This document shows positions 1-14,868 of a stretch of DNA of 64,000 bases, piece after piece. Location of the stretch: the NCBI GenBank assembly GCA_036172245.1, contig JAYWIR010000042.1, positions 930,001-994,000 of the forward strand. The letters run 5' to 3'. Within the stretch, counting starts at the first letter, position 1. Each line of letters starts with the position of its first letter. This DNA is from Raillietiella orientalis (lineage: Eukaryota). Under the pieces are notes generated by a model. The model was not told where the DNA came from, ran no database searches, and saw only the letters and a program-made list of their open reading frames with translations. The position numbers and the translations under genes were made by a program.

Positions 1-3000
1 TAGCCTCGAAGAAGCCTGGGATATCTCTCGTTCCTGCGCACCCTTCAGCCGGGAGCTTCGGACGCCAGCAGAGCGCCTCTGCTGCAGCCAAGGACCGAAC
101 AGCGAGTTGTGAGCTTCCAGGAATTCTGTCTCTGCTTCTTCCTTTCGGCTTATCTTCCGGGACGGCAACAGAGCACCATCATGCACCCATTATCACGCCA
201 CGACCTCAACAGGGTCAGCTTCACGCTCGCTCGCGCCTATCGAACGTGCATCCGGTCAAACCAAACGTACGGCAATGTCATTACGTACAGTCATTGGATA
301 AGGGTTGCAGACGCCAAGGAAAGCCCTACTTTTGGCATCGAACACGTCTCTGACAAGCCGGTCCAAATTCCATCACCGCGAAATGGGGAGCTCTACGCCA
401 TCGTCAAACGCTTACATTTATGCATCCTTCATCTCTTGTAGTACCAACATCTGTGCACGAAATTTGTGGAGACAAGCTTCAGAGTACTCGGGAAACCTTT
501 TTTAGGTTCGGGAAGGGAAAGGTGGCAAGAGGGTGCTCTGTCCGAGGTTCGCTGCTCGAATGAACTCAATGAACAAACATTTTGAGAACAGCCAAGTTCC
601 CAAAAAAAAACAGAAAGTTCAAGGAGAGAGGGTGCACAGAGACACAGGTCGGTCACTACAGTGGGCCTTGAACTGGTGGACGGGGATGACAAAACAAGAA
701 AACAAAGAATGAAGTGCAAATGCAGGGATCTTCTTGACTTTGTGTCCCATTGCTTCAGGAACAACCGAGAAAAGCCCGGAACAAGAGGGAAGAGTCAGTA
801 AATAAGCAAATACAGAGGAGCAAGGATAGGGACATTGTTCGCCGGCGTCGGCCGTTCCTTCCTCCCAGAACCTGCGCTGGATAACTCCGACCCTGATCTT
901 GACTCCTTTTAGGCGGAGCATCCTAAAAGAAGTCCTCTTGTCATCTTGGCTGTCATGCGGCTGGCCCGCGTCCGCAAAACATGACAGACCACGACGATGG
1001 CGCGGATGCAACATTTCGTCGGGATCATTGTGCCAGACGAGTGTCCGCCGTGCGAGAACAGTCACCTCAGCCGGTCGTGGGCGGTGTCCTCCCGTCACTG
1101 GAGCGCTGAAGACAGCCTCCACAACAGCTCGCTGAGGACACCGCACTTCGAAAGCAGGCTGGAGATCGGTTCGATCGACCCACACAACCTGGCACAGTCC
1201 GAGGATGCACCTTCCCTGGAGACAAGGTGCCAGAGCTTCTTGCTGGTCGGCATCTGTCGTCACTTGCCCTTCGGGCAGATAGAACTGCATCAAAGAGCTG
1301 TGGCAGCCTCAACTTCTCCTGGTTCTGCAGCATCTCTCCCAAAGGATGGCTGAGGAAGAGGCTCAAAGGACGAAGTTCCACTAGGGCGCATTCCTTAGAA
1401 TGCAACTTAGGACACGACCTGCCTTCTACCTCCAAGAAGTGGAGTCCAGAAGGCAGCAGGAGATCCCCTGTTGGACTTCCAAGAGAGAGACAAGTTTACT
1501 CAGGAGGAAGGCAGATTCTTGCACCCTGGAGCAATTCATTGGCAGCAACGATGAAAATCCTTCTCTGCCGGAGTAGTGCCGAAGGATGAGGTGCGCAGGA
1601 GCACAACATGTGGATGTCCACGAAGCAGAGCGGAATTGGACGTCAGCCCTTTGATACGTTCCTGCCCTTCTGAAGCCGCGCTCTGAGTTGAGTGACTGAA
1701 GAAGGACGTGAGAAAATGCCGTGGGACGACTTGGGCACCAGTACTCTTTTTCTCCACCTCCTCTTGTCCCTTTTAGCCATCCGGGTTCGCTGGAGAGTCC
1801 TTTCGAAGGTTTCCTTTTTTTCATGCGCCCGATTGGACCGATCCACGAGAAAAGCGGCGGCCGCCCGAGAGGACTCGATCCTCCCGCTGAACTCCAGCCG
1901 AACGGTGTGCCATCGAATGAGATTTCAGCGGCGCCTCTCTGCGAGGTGCCTCGCTCCGGGGAGGGCAGCAGCGAAAGCGGGGTGGAAACTCCCAAGGAAG
2001 AGTGTGGTAGAGAGGGGGGTCGTGAGCCAAGAGCACTCGCGGTGCGACTGGATCCGAAAGTCGAGGCTGGATGTCGGCTGCGAGAAAGGAGCACGGAATC
2101 AGGAAGGAAATGTGAGGGATGATGGGGGAGAGCAGACGGGATTCCTTCAGGAGGTCACCAGTCAGGAGGTTTCCTCCCCCGTCCTTCTTCCGGAGAGGGA
2201 CACCATTCCACTTTTTCTTTTTCTCATCTCTCTTTCCAGAGGGTCCAGGGACGGTCTCTGCGCTACACGGCCGGGAGACGCTTTGAGGTTCTCTGCAATC
2301 CCAGAGTTGACTGCCGCCTGCTCTCCTCCTTCTGCTTTCAAGACTCCCCGGCTGTTCACCCGGAGATGAGAAGCTCGGGTCACGATCACTCCCTACCCAT
2401 CCCCCTCCTCCGTAAGCAGCCGTTGGGAGGCCGACCGCTGACGAAGTCTTCCCAGAAACGAGGAGGAGGAGAATCCCTTAAGTCGTGATCTGGATCAGCC
2501 AGCTACATACCCAGTGCAGGGTGGCTCGCAGAATGGGACCGTCTTTTCCCAGGAACTTCGGATGATCCGGACGCGAGAGGGAGTTCTTCCCCAAGGCGCA
2601 CTTTCCCTTCAGTCGGCAGAGAGCCCAAGATGGGGTGCAGAGAGGGGGGAAAATGAAAGCTGTAGAGTCCAGAGGAGCTGGGACTACCCTCTGAGCCCTC
2701 CCTGCATTCTACATGGTAGCTCCCCTCTGGCACGGCGGTTCCGCGAGGCTGTCAGCGTCTTCCAGGGTGATGTCAACTGGGAGGAGGAAGCACTTTGCCC
2801 TCTGGACCTCCACCCTTGCTTTATGCATCACCTTCGCAGGCGAACGAGGGAGCAGAGAAGGAACGCCTTCCCTCTGATCACTGCCTGCAGACGCGCTTTG
2901 CCCTTGCTCAAGGAAGGGACGACCCTACCCCCCGGGAAGTTCTTTTCTGATGCCATCTTCCGGTTCCCACATGGTGACGACGTCCGATCGCAGCAATCGA

Positions 3001-6000
3001 GTGTCGGGAGTTCGAATCTCCCGTATCGCACAGATCGACGTCGAGTTTCCCGGTTCCCCCTGAGGAAGGCGCCTGTTGGCTTGGGCATCAGGCATGGAGC
3101 TGGCACGACACCTGCCCGAGCAGCCAGTCGGATGTCTCGTCTATCATCCGGGAAGCGGGAGCAGACCCCGAGGGGTCTTCCCTGGAATTGCGAATCGGTT
3201 TCCTCTGAAGAAGAAGCCAGTTTCATCCCCGGGGTCGCTCCTAGGTTTCGGGCTGGTCCCGCCCTTTTTCACGAGCGTCCTCTTGGGAGCATGACGGCGG
3301 AAAAGTCTGGTGAGCCCCCATGTGGCAGCTCTACCGAGCCGCCGCGATGACGTCATGGGTCAGGCGGCGGCTTCTTAGCACCCAAGGAGAACTGCAAAGA
3401 GGAAGACCGAAGACAAACAAGCAAAGTGCTCTCACGTCCTCGGGTTGCCTGGGTCGCAGGGACGGGCGTTCCCAGCTGACGGGCGGCCCGCGCACCTTCG
3501 CTGACTCATCGAAGGACGAACTCTCCCCCCTCAGCTGAACGCAGCAGAGACGAAAACGAGACTTCTTGGCGGATCTCGGTCGAAGCAGGCGAGGATATGC
3601 AAAAGAAAACGGGGAGGCGAAGGAGATGTCTTTCAGGAGCGACAGAGAGACGTCGGCGCGATCGCCGCTTGCGTGCAACAGCAAACGCTGAGGCCGGCAC
3701 ATCCCTTCGAACAACTCCGGAAAGCCAGAAGTTACCGAAATAACATGACTAACAAAACAGGGTCATCGGCTCAAGCAACTGGAAGAACGCGGAGAGAGCA
3801 GCGGACGGGAGGGCCACAGGATCCCCATCATTAGAATCAGGAAACGAGGCCGAGTGATTCAGGAATGCTTCGAAGGATCTACGATTGACAAGGAGACTGC
3901 TGGATGTCTGCTGGGCCTGGCAGAGCTTCCTGATATCACCGTGCGCAGGCAATTGGCCAGTGTCGAAGACTTAGGGAGGGCTCTCCCCAGTAGCCGAGGA
4001 GTTTCTTGCTTGAGGGCACTTAAGTGTCCAGGACTCCAGGATGCGCAGACTGCGCCTGCACGTCTCCCGTTTCAAATCCGTGGGAGCAGTGCCAGCGGTA
4101 GGCACCACCACTTTCGCAAACGACTCGGTGGAGAATTTCCAGCGATCCAAAATGCCCTCAATGCTACAGGCCGGGAGATTTTCCGGGTTCAGTGACTCCC
4201 TAACAGATCTCTCTCATTCAGCAAGATTCTACTGAAGGAACCAACTTGGGTCTCGGAGGGCTGCAGCGAGCACGTGTCCCGGCTTCCACTCTATCGATGG
4301 GGTGCCCAAGGGTGAGCAATCGGAAATCCCTCGAGAGGTGAATCGGTGATTTTCAGGTCAAGTTTCGAAGTAGTAGGAGCAGGCTACCCCAAAACTTCGA
4401 AGTCGCTACTTCGTCAGAATTGTGGGGAGTTTTCTTCTGGCAAGGCTGGAAGTCACGTGATGGGGACCTTTCGATCTCGCAGACGCATGCCAGTGATCTT
4501 GGCAGTGTTCCTAAGAGAGATGCTCACACGGATCAGTGAACTCCCATCTGCATTTTGTCGGAACAAGTAAGATGTTTCTTGCATCGGAAGCGAGAGGATG
4601 CGAGGGGCACAAACGGGAGCCGCTTTCGAAAGCAGTTGATTACAAAGATCAACTAAGAAGCTGGAAACGAAATTTTCGTTCTTACTGTCTTTGAAGTACT
4701 TTCAAGGAACACATTCGAGTCCTCAATGTGAAGAGATTAAATACTTATGGGTACTATCATATTAAAAGATTGGTTACGGAACGCTTGCAGTTTGCAAGCG
4801 ATCCCATAATGCAACCGGAAGTAGACGCGGCAACTCGCTCTGTGAAAATACAAAGTAGCAATGAAGAGCAGTAATGGCTTCCTCGTGAAAGGAGCTGTTT
4901 TTTTCCAAACTATCAGCTATGAAATCAGCGAAAGTGGGGGAGCAAAAAACGTGTGAGAGTTCCACTTCACGATGAAAAGACGCTCGAATGGATTTATTTT
5001 ATAGGAGGAGCATCCTCTCTTCGCAGATCTCAAGTGTCTTCCGGGGTGGTCAAAACCTCCAGGTGGAAGCAAGTTCTCTGGACGCAGGCACTCTTGACAG
5101 CAACACAGCTGCAGTTACTACCCGCGCACGAGTTCGCGACCACGAGGCTATCAAGAAATTCTCTCGGCCATCTGCCATGAAGCTCAACATACAAATGAGC
5201 GGAAAGAAACGACGCAGACAGAGTCGCTTGTCTGCGAAGGTAATTTACATGAAACTGCGCAGACAGCTTTTCGGATGACGCTTTAGATGCGCTGCGCACA
5301 CAAGATGTACCCTTTTTTTCCCTTTTTCTTTTTTTTTATTTATTTTTTTTGGTGTTTTCAAAATACAGATCAGGCAAGTGGTGAAAAGATAAAAATTAAA
5401 TTCAGAGCTGTGCATACCTCTTATCAAAGTATATCCATATGGCTGTGATGACGTAACGATTATGAAGTACACCGTTCTTTGATAACATACATTGTGTATC
5501 ATGTGATCCCAATTCAACTTCCAGGCGTGCAACTGGCTAATCTTCAGGGGATCACATCTGTTGATCATAACTAAGAAGCCTGGACTCATGGCTGTGGAGT
5601 CCGCTAGAGGGTAGTCAGCGTGGACAGTTTCTTTCCTTCTAAGATCCAGCCTTTTCATGTAAATGAAATCGGGCGCGCGCTCCTCGATGCAGAACTAATG
5701 CAGGGTGGAACCCTCAGGGACTTCGAAAGGGTCTGTCTTCGAGTTCGAATCAGTAGGCCAAAATCTGTCTTTCTGGAGAGTGATCAATGCAGAGTTCTGC
5801 TGTTCTGATGAAATTTCTGCTCCCCAATACAACTGCCTTGCTCTTACCTCGTTCCTCCTACTCTCACCTTGGAAGTCTCCGTGTATCTTCTGCCTTGGCC
5901 TTCTGATCCTCGGATCTGCTTCTTCTTCTCCACGGACGTGCTCTTCTTCACTTCTGAGGTCCTTTCAGAATTCCATAGTTTCCCCGCATCCAAGATAACT

Positions 6001-8495
6001 TTCCCAATTAGGAAGTCCTTTTCTGGATTGCTCGTCATCTTCTTCGGCTGTGGCTAGCAGAAGGCCATCTTTGTTAATTAGATCCCTAGAACTGATTGCC
6101 ACCAGTTCTAGACATTCGCTGCCAACTCATCTTGATGTTATCAAGAAGGATGTCCAAAAAGAAACCAAACAGAAAAGATGGTATTTGAGCAATAAAGCTA
6201 GAATGGTTCCCAGTACTGATGACAATGATAAATGCCAGCTTCTGTTATTCTATGATAATGGAGTTCTTAAATCTTGCACAATAAACAGTATTATTCTTGG
6301 TTGCTACCATTGTACCTTTTCATACCATTATTAGTAGTATGAAATGGTACAATGGTAGCAATAGTAGCATTAGTAGTAGTAAGTACAGTCTAATTGTTGA
6401 GTTTCCTTTCCTGCAGTTTTCGATCATTATTGCTAATAGTCATAGGTATTCATTATTCTCGAAATATTTCTCGCATTGAGAATGGATCTTCGAGATCGCC
6501 ATCAGCGTTTTTCAGAAGGCTCACAGTCCTGTTGTTGACAGCTTTTGTGAACCACTAGCGTACAAATTCTTTCATACTACACGCGTCTAGTGTGTGATCT
6601 TGAACTCACCAGGGGCAGGGAGTGTCTAAGAGCTAAAGAGGCCTGCAAACAGCAGAATCCCATGCAAGCATTTAGAAAACTGAGGGGCCCTTCAAAGTGG
6701 ACGAGGCTCTCGTGCTCCCACATGGCAAAGCACAGGGCTGAGTTGGCAAACCGGAAGCGGGCTGTCGGATGATTCGACGGGTCGGCTCCTGGAGAGTGGA
6801 GAGAAGCACAGAGGTGCGCTCCTAAGAACCCGAGTGACTGCTTCAAACACACACTCTTGCCTGCAGGCCTTTGGGAAGCTTTGCACCGAACACGGAAGCA
6901 GTACTTCGTACCCAGTATTGATGACAACGGAAGCAGTACCTCGGTTCGCTGCTGGATGCATCCCTAAGCAGCTTCTCTTTTGTTTTTGTTTTTCCAAACA
7001 ATCGCAATCGCACTTGGCTGAACGTTGGACAGTGTTCAAGGAAAGAAAAGAAAGAGAAAACAATCTTGAGCTGAAAGAAGAAGCATTTGACCAGAGACGA
7101 GACACGAAACGGATGAGAAGCTTTAGAAACGGTTGAGAACTCCTGTTGCTGAAGAGATCATAATAGTTCGACGCCCCCTCAGCGAAGAAAAATGTTCCGC
7201 GTTCCGGGAAACGAGGATGTTGAGGCTGCTTCTGGCATTCCTGCGACTGGAAGGGCTCAGGAACTACGATATCTTCGTCTGCAATGGGTGAGCAAGCGCT
7301 GTTGCAGAAAGCTGCCAGTTGTCCGTTGGAGGAGCTTACCCGGGGTAAACAAGGACTTTTCACAAAGCTCAGAGAAGAGCCACATCCGCGTCCTTGTATC
7401 TTGCAGCAAGCGCTGGTCGCAAATGAGGGCTCTCGGTCATTTTTGATTTCGTTACCGAGAGTTTGGTACCAGGAATCAATGAAATGCATGATTACCGCGT
7501 TCATACTTGACTTCGTAGTTGCGTGATTGCTGCTGCGTAGTTTCAACACGAGTAGTTGCCTTCATAGGTGCAGTTTCATAGTTTCATGGTTCACGGTTGA
7601 AGCCGCATTCGCGGCACCTGCCATCCGTGGTGTTCAGATGTTCTCTTGATCACGACTAGGCAACCTCGACTCATGAATGAAGAGGCAGCCGACGCGAGCA
7701 GTTCCCTTCTAGAATCCAGGTTCCTCATGCTCTGCAGGCACTTCGACGTAAAACTGACGGACCCCAAAACCCTTTGGAAGACCATTGGAAGCTAAGTCAT
7801 GGAGATGTTCAGACTCATCTGCAGGCAGGCAACCGATCCTAACAGAGCTTCGTAGACAAGCTGGTTCTTGTTGAGCAATCAATCAAAGGTAGCATTACTG
7901 AATGGCAAATGAGGAGTTTCAGGATGATCCATTCTTAACAAACCAGTCACGTGCAATAATCCCAAATTCAGCATCCAACAAGGTGGATGAGGAACACCGA
8001 ATAAGGATGCACCCGTCCGGCCTAAAATCTTCGGGAATGCAGATCGAATCCTCAAGTCATTTGAGCACATCGAAATTCGAATAGCAGGGATGAAAGGAAA
8101 AAAAAAGATAAAAGATCTGTGCTTCCCTGCTTTATTTGCCAAAGCCATCTGCATGCAAAGAGAAGCGGATCTCCCTTGTCGCGCCGAACGGCGAGGTCCA
8201 GTTCGTGTGCTCGAGATAATTTATGCCTTCTTCAGCCCCCGGCGACGCGAAAATCCTTGTTAGTGTGAGGTTCCAGCTGCTAGGGTCATCATCCCCTGAG
8301 TGAGTTTTTTTTTTTCGTAGTGGAGTGTTCCGAGAATCCCGCAGATTGAAATCTGCCGCTGAACTTCAAGCTTTTTCCGACCCCGAATCAACACGGTGCC
8401 TAGTAGGTAGGATTAAGCCGATTAGCGACACCTCCCCAGAGGGGCTCGGGGGAGAGACTGTGTTCTTGCTGCCGCCTAAGGAGAGGTAATTTTTA

Positions 8496-9210
8496 ATGGA
8501 GAAGTCGGATCTCTGGCAGTCGTGCCTCAAGCAAAGTAGGAGGATTTATCGCTCGGTTCACTCATGCAGAGAAGCGTTTCCCCACGGCATATCTTGCTGG
8601 GAATGCACACTTTTCTTCTATGAAGCGACAAATGGGCAGCGGGTAGCACTTTCTTTCCCTCAAGTGGCTTTCCCTTGTCTTGCAAGAGACCAACCGACCA
8701 GACTGCAAGAATTCAGAGATGGGTTCAGCTGGCACACACAGCGGCATTAGAAACTTGAACTTCCTCTGCATCACGTGCCCTCTGGATAAGCGCAAGTTCC
8801 TTCGACACCAGGGCTCTCTAAAAGGGCTCGGGAAGCATGGTAACCTCGAATGAAGTTTCCTTCGACCTCTTCGTTAGTGCGCAAGGGCCGTTTTGTTCCT
8901 CCTGCTGCGAGACATCTTCACCTTCATCATCTGATATTGAGGATGATTTTCCAGCATTTCCTTTTCGGTGTCTCCGCTGCTCTCCGGAATTTCAGTTGCA
9001 TCGAAACGAAGCACTCTGGCTCTCTGAGCTTTTCGTTTCTCCTACATAATCCTTCCGAGATTCTTCATTTAGTGGAGACAATGTGGGCCACGTGAGACAA
9101 GCCCTACCGGCATCCGCTCTAGAGGAGGAAAGTCTGCTAACCGAACTCAAGAATTTCTGCTGTTGGTTTGGCCGCACATTGCTTGTCAATCGCGCCAAGC
9201 GTTTTTGAGC
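8496..9210 (+). pseudogene. Decayed LRR gene copy
   Basis: Collinear motifs: REAFPHG, ALSFPQVAFPCLARDQPTRLQEFRDGFSW, MKFPST, LRNFSCIETKHSGSLSFSFL, SALEEESLLTELKNF. Confidence 0.45.
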
Positions 9211-12200
9211 GCCACGTGCCTTGTGAAATGCTCCAGCAGTGCTGGAGCATTTCCATGCTCTTTCCTCATGAAATCCTAAAGATACGGAAGGAACGTCGGG
9301 AAAAGTTCGCAGACCCAAAAATTTTTGAACGAATCATAAATTCACCAGCATTTATTATGACCAAGGTCGTGGCCGAGAGTACAGCATGTGGATCGGCCTT
9401 CCCTGAAATTCGCTCCTGGTCAGCAGAAGACTTTCTGTAGTAAACAGTGTTCCGCAGCACCCGGCGGAATGCAAGCATTCCTCAAGACGACAGTGCCAAG
9501 GGGCCAAGCAGATGAATATTGGAAGAGGGCGGCATCTTCCCCAGGATATTCGCACTGGGAACCCTCGAAAGGAAGAAGAAAGCCGAGCCCTCCTCCCTGC
9601 AGAATTCTTGTACCCGCCGTCTCGCTTTCGTCAGAACCACGCTCGCATGCCTCTCCAGCGCTGCACTTCTAAGCCATTCATTTCGTATCCATGGCATGCG
9701 GACGCCGCCTGCAAACAGGGAAGCTTAATCAGGAGCAGATACTCGATGGAGCAGTTGAGGGAACAAAGTAACAAGGAAGAACTTGATGTCGCCTCTCTGG
9801 AAAAAAAAACTTCAGGTCAACAGCGTGCGTGCGCGTTGGTTAATGAGAGGTCGCGGCAAAAGGAGAAAAAACGAAAAGATGAGGCTTGCAGTATCTTTAC
9901 ATCTCCCTCATTAACTTATGATCGTCTGAATTCATTAACTGCTGCGTACCCTCTACTCCGAAGCAGTTCGCTAACGAGCTCCTGTCAAGATCGTGAAGAC
10001 CTTTAGCAAGGCTGGTCGCGGACCCATGAGAACCTGGATACACTCAGCGAGGCGACGAGAACTTTGAGGATGATTTACCAAGTCATTACTCCCCATCGGA
10101 GACATCAATTAGAGCAGCAGAAAGCTCTCTTCGATGACTGAGCTTTCAATTACAGGGATTCGGATGACTCCACGAACGATCCTTCACCACCATCAGGAGC
10201 AGATCCATCCCATAGTTACCACCCCTTCCTGTTCGATGAACCACCAACGCTACCTCGATGCGAGGAGCAGATTCAAAGCACTAAAGTGCTCCCTGACAAC
10301 TGGGCTGTGACGACGTGTACAGTGCCAAGATGCCAAGGTTCCCGCGTCTGGAAAGACGGAGGGAAAAGAGGGAGATGAGTGGGAGGAAGAGGAGTTACAA
10401 GGGTGAGCGTCGCATTTCTTCCCGAGGATTCTCTACAGAGGTAAATCGGCGGATGTAAATCGGAGCCCTGTCGCCATGCAGAGGTCGTGCATGGTGCCCC
10501 CTATGGATGCTGCATGCAATGAGTTCCTAGGTGAGTCTTCCGAAAAGAATGGACTGCCCGCACTGCCTACTTTCTCCTTTGTCCCTTCCCTTCTTCTCCA
10601 CTCTCCCTGTGTCTCCCTCCTCCCCTTTGAGTGTTCCGACTTCGGACTCTGTCCGACTCGTGAGGCTGCCACTTGGAGCTCTGCCTTCAGATCCTCATGT
10701 TCTTACTCCATCGCTGCGCCTTGGAAAGGATGTCTTTGCAACCGACGACGGAGCCTTTCATTAGGAACGCTCTTCGCTTCAGCTGTTCCGCGGTCGTCAC
10801 GGCAACCGCTGCCCGCCTGAGATACTTCGGAGAGTCGTGTTTGCTCACCGGGGAACACTCCAAATGAGATGAAGCTTTCGGGATTCCTGCACGGGAGAGG
10901 AAACAAAGGGGGAGGAAGAAGTGGAGGCAGGGAGAGGGAGGTGTGGTCGATTCGGATGGGGCAGAAAAGGGCTCTCTCGGGAGCGGGAGGGACTCTCCCT
11001 GTGGTCTCTGGGAGCTTTTTGGCCCTTTCGGGAACTCATGGCGGATGCTCCTCCCGACAGGCACGAAGAAAACAAGCGAGTGGGGCAGCTGAAGAAGAAT
11101 GTGTTGATTCCATTGTCTTTCTCTTCTGCTCCTCCTTTGCCGAAAGATCAGCTCGAAGACGCAGGATGCTGCCTGATGTGCCGACCAAGGAGCTGCAGAG
11201 GAGGAGAGTTTCTTTCCCTCCCTCTTTCCTTCTTCCGATTCTCGGGTGGAAGGAAGAAGGGAAAGAAACTGCCTGCTCGGGATTCCCATGACCACCATTC
11301 TTCCAAAGAGGATGAGTCACCCGCAGTCGCCCGAGGACCCCTTCACTCAGGGTCATGCGGCTGCTTTTGCTGCTCGACCACGTGACCGAGTGGGCTTTCT
11401 CACTGGTCTAGTGCTTCCAGGTAAGACCTAAGTGATTCACGGAATGCTTCGGTGGCGTGATGGGACGTCCACGAGGTCGCATGACCTTCGGGTTTTTCCT
11501 GAATGTGTCCGCTAACGCGGCGGTGTGCAGCGGTGGTGCTCAGCAAAGGCTGCCCTCTGCTGGCATATTCGAAGCGTTCGAATGCCCTGAGGAGCTCCGC
11601 GACGCAAGGTCGATTTCCCATCCTTCTCTCAATTTTCTTTACTGAGAAGAATTCCGGAAGCAATCGCGAGAGAAAAGGTAGCGGGCTGGTGGTCGCACAG
11701 CCACAGCCTGAGGGCTGCGTCCGCGGCATAATAAGTGCAAGAATTCGTGTGCTCTTCTAGGATGCGTAAATAAAATTAGAAGAACTGGAACCAGGAGAAA
11801 TCTTGTACCTTCTTTTTTGACTTCCTCCACAAATGAGTGAGTGGTCTAATTGGCTTAAAGTGGAGCATCCGAGCTGCGCTCTCGAAGACCTCGTACTTGC
11901 CAGCTCGGTCCCCTTTCCTTCTCCGTCTCAGACCGCTCGAGGAACGTCTCTTCCGTTGTCTGCAATCTTGCCAAAGGCTAGAAGACTGCATTCAGATTTC
12001 TTTCTGCTCCCCACGGATTCCCTCTGGTTTCATGCATGGAATTTCTCCTTCGGCTGTGCCTTCGATTCTGCAAATTCCTGGCCTACTCGCGAGTAGCCCC
12101 TCACCACCAGGGGTTGTCTTCTGAAGAACTTCGAGCTCTTGTGAGAACACAGGTTGCTTAGAAAAAATTCTTGACCGTACCACTGCTACTCAAGGACGCT

Positions 12201-14216
12201 AAGAACCAGCATCCGCCCCTGCGGCAAACGCTATGAAAGCCTGTTGCAAGGACTTTTGGAAGAGGGCAGCTGAAAGAGAAGCTGGAGATGAAAATGAAGA
12301 GCAGTATGATCAAGGAAGTCAAGAGAGATATGGGGACTCCTTATGAACTGCGAGAAAGAACTGCGGCTTCGTGAGATGCCGGAGGCTCTGACCTCTCATT
12401 TCTCGAGTTCCACAATCCTCCACTTGGATTTTCTTTCCTTCTAATCTCCCTCTTATCCTCGGTTTGAATGTTTTCCTGATTTTTTTTTTTTTTTGGCCTT
12501 TTTCTCTGGTCTTTTTTTCGTGCTTTTTTAGAAGTAATCTGAGGTCCATGAAGCTATGCAGCTTTTCGGCACTGCGGATTGCAGGTGCTTAGAGGTGAAA
12601 TCGTTCTTCAGGTGTAGCTCCATCCAAGTGCGTCACAGTCACTTATCGGTGACTCATATTATCGTGCAAACGCACCTGAACTTCACCACGGAAAATTCGG
12701 GTCCGAAAACTGTCTCTGATGGAAAACTACTAAGAGGTGAGGGTCTCTTGGGGGGAGAGGAACTGTCCTGAAGCCTCATCCTACTAGGATGAAGTGTTCA
12801 CGTCCTCGGAGTTTCTCCAACCATTAGGAAATCATCCTTGCCATCGCTCCTCTGAAAGCAGATCCCAAACTGCTGCTTTCTAGCCACACGGTTCACAGTT
12901 TCTCTCTTATCCATGATGGGTACATTCTTTTCTTTGCAATAATCCTTTGTCTCTCGCTGTTCCTACCTTGAACTTTTCTTCTCTGAAGGTTTCATCGGAT
13001 TCTCTGGTCCCTCTATCTAGAAAACCCCCCGATGCTCTTGATATTCTGAAGAAATTATTGAGAGGTGCTGGGGAATCAGAAAAGTTTCCTGAAAACGGAC
13101 AGTATCCAGCTTTGCAACAAGCTTGAAAACTCGAAAGGCACTGCAAGCAATGGCTTTAAAAATGCTCTTGTGTGATACGGTAACGGAGGCTAAATGTGCC
13201 GATCTTGATGAGCTATTCTAAGAGAATTCTTCGGATAATATTGAGCAGGTTCACCTTTTTTTCCTTTTTTGTTTCGAAATACTGCTCACGGACTCTCTTT
13301 ATCTTGTGGAAGTTTGTGATTTTTCTCCCTTGAGAGAAGAACAAGCTGTGAAGATCAAGAGGCGACTATTCAGGACAGTCGCTCATTTTGTTTAGGTTTC
13401 CGAGAATTGTAGATAAAGCCAGAAGTGACCTTAGTTTCAACTCGGAGCTTTCGCTGAATCCCTGGTCCTGCTGGCGTTGAGACTCGTGCTCTAGATTCCA
13501 GAAACCAGGCAAACTCATCACTTGTTCTTCGTCATGATCTGCTTAGGATGACAATCAAAGCAGAAACGTAATTCATTTCTACTAAATTTGCAAATAATAT
13601 GAAAGCAGAAGGCCAGAAAAACTGCTTTTTCTTCTTCTGTTCCATAATGATGTACATGTGCTCTATTATGATACAGATCGGGAAGCTGTTTTCATTTCTT
13701 TGATAAAGACGTAGAGTGGTTTTATGATGAATACTCAAGAGTTCAAGCCACCACACAATCGTCAGCTGACAAAATGCGTATTCGTACAGCTCACTTTGAT
13801 CTTAGCCAAAAGACCGAGAGGCGATTAGCAGAGGCCGTTCAGAGCATTTCCCAGCATCACCGAAAACCTCCGAAAACTTCAGTCTTAGATCCCCTAGAAA
13901 CCAAGAATAGTGCACCTCATTCACTGGGTATGCAAGTGCAGAATCTCTCAAATGATATATGCAAGTCAAGGTTTTTGAATAGTAGCCTGGAAAGGATGAC
14001 CCCATATTGCTCTGGTCGGGGACTTAAAATCCAGAACGAACTTATTCTTGCTCCTTCACTTGTCCTGGAGACAAGCTGCAGTCATCCTGAACTGAGAGAA
14101 TTTATAAATCAAGAGGAAAGGGAACCCGCATGAAGGGAATGGCTCAAGGAAAATGAAATCTCCCTATTCTTCTCTCTGCAGCTTCTAAAGCATTCAGAGC
14201 TGCAGCTAGGGTAGCT

Positions 14217-14365
14217 GGAGCCTCTCTTTATTGTATTTGGAGACACCTTAATGACCTTTTGTCTTTCCGCGGACAGCGGACTAAGATTCGAGATGTTGCG
14301 GCTATTTGTAGGTCACTTCATAAAGATCGAACATCACTTTGAATTCGCTGTGGCACTGGGTCTTG
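14217..14365. repeat. 149-bp direct repeat, copy 1 (partner 17638-17784)
   Basis: Hand alignment gives 5 substitutions and two 1-bp indels (~95% identity). Confidence 0.95.
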
Positions 14366-14868
14366 TGCTAGGGAAACCAATTCGGAGCTTCTCTCACAAG
14401 CAAACCCGTTTTATTATCGATTCCTCAGAGAAAGATTATGGTCTTCAATGTCCAGTCGTTGGATAAGGGAATAAAGATTCATTCCACACTGAAAGATTGG
14501 TAGAAGATGAAAACGTTTCAGTTCAAAAACCCTGCTCCTGGAATTGAAGATTCAGCAACCACAGTAGGGACAGAGCTCTGCGTGGATTCTGAAACTCAAG
14601 CATCTTTTTATCCTAGCAAGTCTTCGCAATGGCAAGCAGCCAGTCGGAAAATTTGAAGGAATAAAGAATTCTTAATTGTGAGAATACTGCATATAGCTCC
14701 GTCTCGGAGATGGGCTCATTAGATAAGTCTGAACTTTACCCTTTCAAGTTAAGTGAGCACGGGAACAAAAAATAGGGTATGCCACCTGCAGCGTTATCGA
14801 AAAGGAAACGGGGATTTTGGCGGCTCCTTCATCTCTGAATCCGGATCACGATATGGCTGCTTCGACAT

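Noticed and set aside
619..1293. 224-aa minus-strand ORF
   Set aside because: No recognisable domain; the opposite strand carries LRR-fossil-like motifs, so it is probably a shadow ORF.
6893..6945. Short direct repeats (ACGGAAGCAGTAC x2; similar pairs at 26534-26572 and 28068-28095) as CRISPR-like arrays
   Set aside because: Only two units each, eukaryotic context, no cas genes; local slippage duplications.
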